DNA of 64,000 bases from an uncultured delta proteobacterium (GTDB lineage Bacteria > Myxococcota > UBA727 > VGSZ01). The translations under genes were made by a program, and so were the position numbers. Below are positions 57,130-64,000 of the stretch, piece by piece (position 1 is the stretch's first letter; every line of letters starts with the position of its first letter). Where the stretch lies: positions 544,001-608,000 of the forward strand of contig CAVZJB010000005.1 in NCBI GenBank assembly GCA_963775425.1, in the 5' to 3' direction. The notes below the pieces were generated by a model. It did not search any database. It worked only from the letters and a program-made list of their open reading frames with translations, and was not told where the DNA came from.

Positions 57130-57677
57130 GGTGCCCCCGGCGGCGCGGCTTGTCCGCCGGCCGTCGGCGGCGGCGGCGGCGTCGTCGTCGGCGGCGTGGA
57201 CGGCGCGTCCACGATCAGCACCGAGCCCGACAGCACCGCCGTCAAGGACTTCTCCTCGGGCCACATCTCCACCACCCAGCGGATGCGCCCGATGCGGCCC
57301 TTGCTGATCTGCTCGCCGCCGAAGGCGATGGGCTGGCGCTTCGCCCGTCCCGGCGGGGACTTGATGCGCACCACCGGGGGCGGCTGGTCCACGGCGTCGT
57401 TGTCCATGTTGTGCACGTAGACGCTGACGATGGAGACGCGGCACGGGCCCGCGCACGAGCCCTCGGGGATCTCGAGCACGCCGTCGATGTCCCGGTGGGT
57501 CTTGAGCTCGGCGATCTGCGCTTTTGTCAGCGGGCCCTTGTCCTCGATCTCGAACCGAACGTTTTTCGGTTGGAAGCCGTCGACGAACAGCTCGACCTTC
57601 GTCTTGTCCTTGCAACCCGGCGCGAGGAGCCCGACGACGAGAACGGCGGCGGCAAAGAGCGCACGCATGCGTGGCAT
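57126..57677 (-). CDS. Hypothetical lipoprotein
   Basis: Lipobox APGC; GTGA coupling to the malic enzyme-like gene; Pro-rich tail. Confidence 0.7.
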   Translation of the reverse strand: MPRMRALFAAAVLVVGLLAPGCKDKTKVELFVDGFQPKNVRFEIEDKGPLTKAQIAELKTHRDIDGVLEIPEGSCAGPCRVSIVSVYVHNMDNDAVDQPPPVVRIKSPPGRAKRQPIAFGGEQISKGRIGRIRWVVEMWPEEKSLTAVLSGSVLIVDAPSTPPTTTPPPPPTAGGQAAPPGAP

Positions 57678-57795
57678 GTAGCGCCTATCGACCGTGGTGC
57701 CAACGCCGATGACGTCGGCGCCGATCGAGCGTGCCGGTCGCCGATCGGCCGCAGGCGCCTTGTACGCGGGCGGGCATTCCGGCACCTTCCGCGCC

Positions 57796-59319
57796 ATGGC
57801 CGACACCACCACGGCGTTCCCCCGCTCCGCCGGCGTCCTGCTGCACCCCACGTCGCTTCCGTCGCCGCACGGCGTCGGCGACCTCGGCGCCGGCGCGCGC
57901 GCGTTCGTGGACTGGTTGCACGACGCCCGGCTCACGCGCTGGCAGGTGCTCCCGCTCGTGCCGCCGGGCCCCGGCGGCTCCCCCTACTCGTCGCCGTCGG
58001 CGTTCGCGGGCAACCCGCTGTTGATCGACCTCGAGGCGTTGGTGGCGCAAGGCCTGCTCGCCAAGGCCGACGTCGAGGGCGAGCGCTTCGACGCCGATCG
58101 TGTCGACTGGGCGAAGGTCCACCCCTGGAAGAGCGAGCGCATCGCGCTCGCCGCGCGCAAGATGGCGTCCCTCGACACGGGCCGCGCGAAGCTCGAGGCC
58201 TTCCGCGAAGAAAACCCGTGGGTCGTCGACTACGCGCTCTTCACGGCGCTGCGTGAGCGCTTCGACTACCAGCCGTGGCGGCAGTGGCCGAAGCATCTCG
58301 CGCGCCGTGAGAGGTCCGCGGTGCAAAAGGCCGAGGCGGAGCTGTCGCCGCGCGTGGAGCAGATCGTCGCCGAGCAGTGCTTGTTCGACGAGCAGTGGGC
58401 GGCGCTGCGGGCGTACTGCGCCGAAAAAGGTGTCAGCATCATCGGTGACATCCCCATCTACGTCGACCTCGACAGCGTCGACGTCTGGTGCAACCGCGAC
58501 CAATTCCTGCTCGACGACGACGGCCGCCCGCTCGGCGTCTCCGGCGTCCCGCCCGACGCCTTCACCGACAAGGGCCAGCTTTGGGGCAACCCGCTGTACG
58601 ACTGGAAGCGCATGAAGCAGGACAAGCACGCGTGGTGGGTGGCGCGCATGAGGCGCGTGCTCTCCTTGTGCGACGTCGTGCGCATCGACCACTTCCGCGC
58701 GTTCGCCGCGTACTGGGCCGTGCCCTTCGGCGACGAAGACGCCCGCGGCGGTCAGTGGGTGCGCGGGCCCGGCCTCGCCGTATTCGAGGACATCGCCGCC
58801 GCCCTCGGCAAGCTGCCCATCATCCTCGAGGACCTCGGGGTCATCACGCCCGACGTCGAGGAGCTCCGCGACAGCACCGGCCTCCCCGGCATGAAGGTGT
58901 TGCAGTTCGCGTTCGGCGAAGGCCCCGACGCCAAGTACCTGCCGCACAACCACGTGCCCAATTGCGTCGTCTACACGGGCACCCACGACAACGACACCGC
59001 GCTCGGCTACTGGCAGCACGCGCCCGAGTACGTGAAGGAGCACGTGCGCTCCTACCTCGCGCGTGACGGAGGCGACTTCGTCTGGGACTTCGTGCGCACC
59101 GCGTTCGCGTCGGTGGCGCACACCGCCGTCGTCCCCATGCAGGACGTCCTGTGCCTCGACTCCGGCGCGCGCATGAACATGCCCGGCAGCGAGAGCGGCA
59201 ATTGGGCCTGGCGGGTGCGCGTGGACGCGTTCCATCCGAGCCTCTCGGGCCGGCTGCGGCACCTCGCCGAGCTCTATGGACGAGCCCGGCGGGAACAGGC
59301 AAAAAGCCCCGCCAAGTAG
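57796..59319 (+). CDS. malQ: 4-alpha-glucanotransferase (amylomaltase, GH77)
   Basis: GVLLHPTSLP, WQVLPL, GDIPIYV, GVPPDAF, RIDHFR, EDLG, YTGTHDNDT, RMNMPG. Confidence 0.96.
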   Translation: MADTTTAFPRSAGVLLHPTSLPSPHGVGDLGAGARAFVDWLHDARLTRWQVLPLVPPGPGGSPYSSPSAFAGNPLLIDLEALVAQGLLAKADVEGERFDADRVDWAKVHPWKSERIALAARKMASLDTGRAKLEAFREENPWVVDYALFTALRERFDYQPWRQWPKHLARRERSAVQKAEAELSPRVEQIVAEQCLFDEQWAALRAYCAEKGVSIIGDIPIYVDLDSVDVWCNRDQFLLDDDGRPLGVSGVPPDAFTDKGQLWGNPLYDWKRMKQDKHAWWVARMRRVLSLCDVVRIDHFRAFAAYWAVPFGDEDARGGQWVRGPGLAVFEDIAAALGKLPIILEDLGVITPDVEELRDSTGLPGMKVLQFAFGEGPDAKYLPHNHVPNCVVYTGTHDNDTALGYWQHAPEYVKEHVRSYLARDGGDFVWDFVRTAFASVAHTAVVPMQDVLCLDSGARMNMPGSESGNWAWRVRVDAFHPSLSGRLRHLAELYGRARREQAKSPAK

Positions 59320-59343
59320 CGTCACAGGGCGATAGAAGACGGC

Positions 59344-62300
59344 ATGCCCGTCATCACCAACCGCCCGAACGTCACGCCCCCCCAGAACACCGGCGCCGCC
59401 GGGGCCACCGGCAACGTGCAGGGCACCACGCCGGCGAGCAACGCCGCGGGCAACGGGACGCCCCAGCCGGGGCAGGTGCAGTCGGGGGCCGGCCAGGTCA
59501 TCAACGCCCAGCGCGTCGCGGTCAGCGGGCTCGGCACGCTCCAGATGACGGCCACGGGCACCACCAACCGCTTCGCGCGTGACGCCACGTTCGACACCTA
59601 CAGCGCCGTCGGTGACGGCAAGGTGGCGCGCGGCTACGTGAAGGTCGACGCGGAGCCCATCCAGGGCGGGTGCCGCGTGCACGTGGAGAGCTTCCACGGC
59701 AACCACAACGACAGCGTCACCCTCTGGCTCCTCGCCGAGGTGCTCGACGAAAAGACGCACCAGCTCCGCACCGTCACGCTGGCGGTGCTCGCCAACGCCG
59801 CCAACCTCAACGGCACCAGCTTCCGCGGCAACACCTACTACGACCTCAGCTACGCGGACATCAACGCGTACCTCCAGCAGATGAACCCCAACCTCAAGGT
59901 CACGCCGGGGCAGACGCAGCTCAGCGTCGCCGCGCGCTGGGGCAACGGGCACCAGGCCGGCGGCTTCGCGCGCGGCGGTTCGTTCCGCATCCCGCCCGAG
60001 GCCAAGCAGCAAAACGCCACCGCGGTGCGCGCGGCGGCGGCGTCGCGCACGGGCACCGAGCAGGCCGATCTGCCGCTCGATATGGAGGTGGCGTACCCGC
60101 CGCAGCTCGTGCAGCAGATCCCGCAGCTCAAGCCCGACGGCGCCATCGTCAGCCGGCTCGAGAGCGAGCTGAAGGGCGCCACCACCAAGGACGCCATGGT
60201 GCGCGCGGTGCGCGAGATGTACCGCCTCGCCGAGAAGGCCAAGGCGGGCGACAAGACCGACATCGAGGCCATCTTCGGCAAGGACTGGACGGTCGAGACG
60301 GTGGATCGCTACTGGCTCAAGGACGACGGCAACAGCACCGAGGGGAAGGCCGGCACCGGCTTCTTCAAAGGCTTCCGCGTCGACGACCACGGGCTGCCTA
60401 TCCAGGACCCGATGCACGACACGTACATGGACGACGCCAACCTCTCGATGACGCGCCACCAGGGCGTCATCCGTTTGCGCAAGAACCAGCAGGCCACGGT
60501 CGTCAACGTCAAGCCCGGCGGCGGCCGCCGCGACGACAAGACGCAGATCACGCAGCGCATCGAGGTGGGCGTCGAGCTCAAGCCCGACGCCAACGCCGCC
60601 GACGCGTCGGTGGCCATGCGCGGTTTGGCGACCAACGCGGCGTGGTCGGGCACCGTGTTCAACCAGGCGCAGCGGGAGATGTCGCAGCTCGATCCCACGC
60701 TCCAGCTCGCGCAGACCCTGGTGCCTTGGCTCGACGTCACCCAGGACCGCCACAAGTTCACGGTGAAGAACGAAAAGACCGGCGTCGAGATCGAGCTGTC
60801 GCTCGACTTCGTGAAGACCAGGACGCTGCGGCCCAACCACGCCAACCCCGACGGCACCCCGCGCGAGACCGAGTTCTACGTGCTCGAGGGCGAGCTCGAT
60901 CACCTGCAGCTCCAGTCGGCCAACAGGGGCACCTACGCCGCCAACGGCGCCGTCAACAACGCCGTGTTCCAGACGGAGCAGCAGCAGGAGCAGTGGCTGA
61001 AGGCCACGTCCACCGACGTCACCATGGACATCGATCCGCGGCTGCACGAGCTCAAGGATCTCGACAACGCGAGCTTCAGGAGCACGTCGAGCTACAAGCA
61101 GTTCGAGCAGGTGTCGGAGAAGATGCTGCCGCACCTGTTCCCCAAGGGCCTCGACAGCGGCCGGCAGAAGGCCGCGCACGCCGCCGAGATCATGGGCCTC
61201 GTGTGCTTCGACGATCGCCAGCTCCTCGCGGCGGCCAAGAAGGCCGTGCACGAGGGCGGCTATGCGTGGTCGCCGGCGGTGGAGCAGGCGTTCCTCGCGG
61301 CGGTGCAGGTGCCGGCCACGCGCACCAGGATCGACCTGCAGATCGCGTCCGGTGGCTCGCGGAGCGTGCCCACGTTCATCCAGCAGACCATCGGCAACGC
61401 CACGCCGCTCGAGTACGACGTCGCCAAGGCCAAGAAGCGCGTGGAAGGCAGGCTGGCCGAGCTCGGCTACGCCTCCACGCCGGAGATCGACAAGATGCTC
61501 GAGGGCCTCGACCCGCAGAAGGTGCCGCCGGCCAACTTCGAGTCGTTCCTGCAGCGCATGCAGCAGCTCCAGGACGCGCAGGTGATGCAGCAGCTCGCGC
61601 AGGCCTTGGGGGTCGCGCCGGTGCCGGTGCCCTCGCCCGACGTGAAGAAGCTCGTCGCCGCTTCCCTGCCGCTGATGGAGCAGCACCTCGAGGCGGCGGC
61701 GTGCGACAAGTCGAGCGCCGGCGAGGTGGCCGCCTTCCTCGAGAAGGCCGCGGCCGCGGGCGCGACGCTCTTCGAGCTGCGCACGCTGGTGCAGAACCTG
61801 TCGAACAACCCGCAGGTGCGGCTCGACCAGGTCGCGCAGCAGAAGAACGTCCCCGGCGGCGCGCCCAAGCTCAAGGCGTCGCTGGATCGCGTGATGGTCA
61901 CGGTGCAGCAGTCGCTGCAGCGGCAGTACCTGAAGGTCGACGACGCGCTCACCAGGTTCATGGCCAAGGCCATCGAGGGGCGCACGCCGCAGGAGGCGCT
62001 GCAGTTCGCGCAGCAGCTCGCCAACAACGCGCAGGTGCTGCTCGACAACGAGGGCAAGCGCATCGGCGTGGCGACGCCCAAGCTCGTCTGGGACATGAGC
62101 GCCGTCGAGGCGCTCCTCGCGCCCACGTTCACCAACCTGCGCGTGCTGTTCGACGCGCCGATGAAGAAGCTCGTGGCCGAGTGCCTCGACGCGGGCGTCC
62201 CGCCGGCCACGCTGCAGCGCGCGTTCGCACAGATGCAGAACCAGCCGCTGGCCCAGGCGCTGCACGCAGGCGGGGTCTACCTCGTCGGCGTCCAGGTGCC

Positions 62301-62751
62301 CGACCCCACCTACGACGTCGCGGGCATCGAGTCGTGGCTGCGCACGGGGCTGCAGGCGTTCACCAACGCGCTGCCGTCGTCGTCGAAGGCCTTGCAGGAT
62401 TGGGTGGAGAAGCTGCTCAAGCAGGGCCACACGCCCACGCAGGTCTACAACTTCGGCGTGTACCAGGCGTCGCAGGGCATGCAGCGCGCGGCCGCGTACC
62501 TCGGCAACCCGCCGCCGCCGGCGCCGCCGGCGCTGCCGTGGGACATCGACGGCCTGGTGTCGTCGTGGCAGGCGGCGTTCGGCGCCACCTGGTCGCCGCA
62601 GGTGGAGACGTTCTTGAAGGACGGCCTCAAGAAGGCGTTCGACACACCCGCCTTCGTCCTCAACAACGTCAGCCGCTACGCCGCGCAGCCCAAGAACCTC
62701 TGCAACATGCTGAGCCAGGCCTCCGGCCTCCCCGTCCCTCCCGGCGTGTGA
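59344..62751 (+). CDS. Large protein with a central CYTH/triphosphate-tunnel-like domain
   Basis: LESELK (ExExK), DTYMD, IRLRK, VNVKP, RIEV, QDRHKF, IELSLDFV, VLEGEL; low-complexity N-terminus; helical C-terminal half. Confidence 0.75.
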   Translation: MPVITNRPNVTPPQNTGAAGATGNVQGTTPASNAAGNGTPQPGQVQSGAGQVINAQRVAVSGLGTLQMTATGTTNRFARDATFDTYSAVGDGKVARGYVKVDAEPIQGGCRVHVESFHGNHNDSVTLWLLAEVLDEKTHQLRTVTLAVLANAANLNGTSFRGNTYYDLSYADINAYLQQMNPNLKVTPGQTQLSVAARWGNGHQAGGFARGGSFRIPPEAKQQNATAVRAAAASRTGTEQADLPLDMEVAYPPQLVQQIPQLKPDGAIVSRLESELKGATTKDAMVRAVREMYRLAEKAKAGDKTDIEAIFGKDWTVETVDRYWLKDDGNSTEGKAGTGFFKGFRVDDHGLPIQDPMHDTYMDDANLSMTRHQGVIRLRKNQQATVVNVKPGGGRRDDKTQITQRIEVGVELKPDANAADASVAMRGLATNAAWSGTVFNQAQREMSQLDPTLQLAQTLVPWLDVTQDRHKFTVKNEKTGVEIELSLDFVKTRTLRPNHANPDGTPRETEFYVLEGELDHLQLQSANRGTYAANGAVNNAVFQTEQQQEQWLKATSTDVTMDIDPRLHELKDLDNASFRSTSSYKQFEQVSEKMLPHLFPKGLDSGRQKAAHAAEIMGLVCFDDRQLLAAAKKAVHEGGYAWSPAVEQAFLAAVQVPATRTRIDLQIASGGSRSVPTFIQQTIGNATPLEYDVAKAKKRVEGRLAELGYASTPEIDKMLEGLDPQKVPPANFESFLQRMQQLQDAQVMQQLAQALGVAPVPVPSPDVKKLVAASLPLMEQHLEAAACDKSSAGEVAAFLEKAAAAGATLFELRTLVQNLSNNPQVRLDQVAQQKNVPGGAPKLKASLDRVMVTVQQSLQRQYLKVDDALTRFMAKAIEGRTPQEALQFAQQLANNAQVLLDNEGKRIGVATPKLVWDMSAVEALLAPTFTNLRVLFDAPMKKLVAECLDAGVPPATLQRAFAQMQNQPLAQALHAGGVYLVGVQVPDPTYDVAGIESWLRTGLQAFTNALPSSSKALQDWVEKLLKQGHTPTQVYNFGVYQASQGMQRAAAYLGNPPPPAPPALPWDIDGLVSSWQAAFGATWSPQVETFLKDGLKKAFDTPAFVLNNVSRYAAQPKNLCNMLSQASGLPVPPGV

Positions 62752-62779
62752 GCGGTGACGACGACGGCGGGGCCGCGGC

Positions 62780-64000
62780 CTACTTCGAGGCGGTCTCGGT
62801 GGTCTCCGGCTCGATGACCGTGACGTCGGCGATCTTCTCCGCCTGAAGCTTCGGCAGCACCGTCTCCTTGTCGCCGGCGACCACGACCACGAGGTCGTCC
62901 TTCACGAGCGCGCTCGCCGCCGCCTTCTTCACCGCGTCGGCGGTCACCGATTGGATCGAGGCAGCGCGCTTGCCGAGCGCATCGAGCGGGAGCTCCTCGG
63001 CGAACAACCGCGCCGCGGCGTTGATGCGCTCTTGCGTGGCGCCGAGCGCGGCGGGCATGCGCCCAAGCAGCGCCTCTTTCGCCTGCGCGACCTCCTCGTC
63101 CTTCACGTCGCTCTTCACCGCGTCGAGCTGCGCGACGAGATCGGCCGCCGTCTCCGACGCCTTGTCCGCCGGCGCCGTCGCGCGCACGAGGAACGGGCCG
63201 GCGCCGAACCGGTCTTCCACGCCGCTGGCCGCGGCGACGCCTGCGGCCGCGTCGGCGGTGCGCCGCGCGAGGATCTCGTCGAGCACGAGGAGCGCGCCCT
63301 CGTCGTCACCGCCGTGCGCGAGCGCCGCCCGCCCCACGCGCATCGCCGCCTGTCGCGCGCCCGGTACGTCGACGAGCGCCAGCGACAACGCCGCGCGCGG
63401 CTTGGGATCGGGCGGCGCCTTGGGCGGGCGCGCGCGGCCGAACCAGCGGCCGAAGTGCTTCTCCGCGGCGTCCTTGGCCTCGTCGAGCGTGACGTCCCCG
63501 CACAGGATGAGCGCGGCGTTCTTGGGCCCCGCGTTCTGCGCCCAGAAGTGCTGCACCTTGAACCGCGTGAGCTTGTCGAGCGTGGCCGCGCTCCCGCCGG
63601 CGGCGTGGCCGTAGGCGTGATCGGCCCCGTAGATGAGGCTCCAGGCGGCGGCGTCGGCGGCGCCGTCCACGTCGCCCGCGCCGGCGACGCGGGCGGTGAG
63701 CTGCTCGTCCTTCAACCGCTCGAGCGCGGCGTCCTCGAACGTGGGCTTGCGCAGCACCGTCTCCAGCAGCTCGAGCCCCTTGTCGAGCTCCTCCTTCGGC
63801 AGCTCGGTGCGCACCAGGCCGTAGTCCGCGTCGACGTGCGTGACGAGGTCAGCGCCGAGCGCCTCGAACGCGTTTTCGAGCTGAAGGCCCGTCATGCTCC
63901 CGGCGCCTTCGTCGAGGAGCGACCACGTGAGCGCCGCGAGCCCCGCGTCGCGTGGCGCGTCGGCCGCGCTGCCCGCGCGCACCACCATGGCCGCGCCCAC
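62780..64000 (-). CDS. M16 (pitrilysin-family) peptidase-like protein, non-catalytic type, 5' part outside window
   Basis: GLAALTWSLLDEGAG (no HxxEH in view), HAYG, GPKNAALILCGDV, VTADAVKKAA, VVVVAGD. Confidence 0.85.
   Translation of the reverse strand: MGAAMVVRAGSAADAPRDAGLAALTWSLLDEGAGSMTGLQLENAFEALGADLVTHVDADYGLVRTELPKEELDKGLELLETVLRKPTFEDAALERLKDEQLTARVAGAGDVDGAADAAAWSLIYGADHAYGHAAGGSAATLDKLTRFKVQHFWAQNAGPKNAALILCGDVTLDEAKDAAEKHFGRWFGRARPPKAPPDPKPRAALSLALVDVPGARQAAMRVGRAALAHGGDDEGALLVLDEILARRTADAAAGVAAASGVEDRFGAGPFLVRATAPADKASETAADLVAQLDAVKSDVKDEEVAQAKEALLGRMPAALGATQERINAAARLFAEELPLDALGKRAASIQSVTADAVKKAAASALVKDDLVVVVAGDKETVLPKLQAEKIADVTVIEPETTETASK

Noticed and set aside
57685-62430. 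Very long antisense ORFs (also 36414-40664, 41304-44675, 16147-19107, 12904-15876)
   Set aside because: Shadow frames of GC3-biased real genes on the opposite strand, with no recognisable motifs

Overview
Very GC-rich, gene-dense chromosomal window, most consistent with a Myxococcota/deltaproteobacterial genome (CarF, a MXAN_5187-like C-terminal domain, a eukaryotic-like Ser/Thr kinase, Cys-rich and GE-repeat surface proteins; taxonomy is inferred). About 50 real CDSs; most long overlapping ORFs in the track are GC-shadow frames. No rRNA, tRNA, CRISPR, transposase or integrase was found. The left 22 kb is a lipid-metabolism neighbourhood: an AGMO/TMEM195-like diiron hydroxylase, a YceI-like lipoprotein, a CarF/TMEM189 plasmalogen desaturase, two acyl-CoA dehydrogenases and fadIJ. 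It surrounds a TonB2/Ttp-type uptake operon that lacks exbD and a canonical exbB. Main observations: (i) a TTGAC-N6-GTCAA palindrome upstream of all three beta-oxidation units; (ii) an 18-bp motif shared by an orphan NarL regulator and a tandem lipoprotein pair; (iii) two copies of a structured non-coding element flanking a SprT/DUF2786 + LigD-type primase-polymerase pair, the second copy with a perfect 19-bp inverted repeat and an antisense sigma70-like promoter; (iv) a 1135-aa protein with an embedded CYTH-like domain; (v) an ACT-malic enzyme with degenerate active-site motifs; (vi) a single-base frameshift in mnmG. Family assignments rest on motif recognition by eye; no database search was run.
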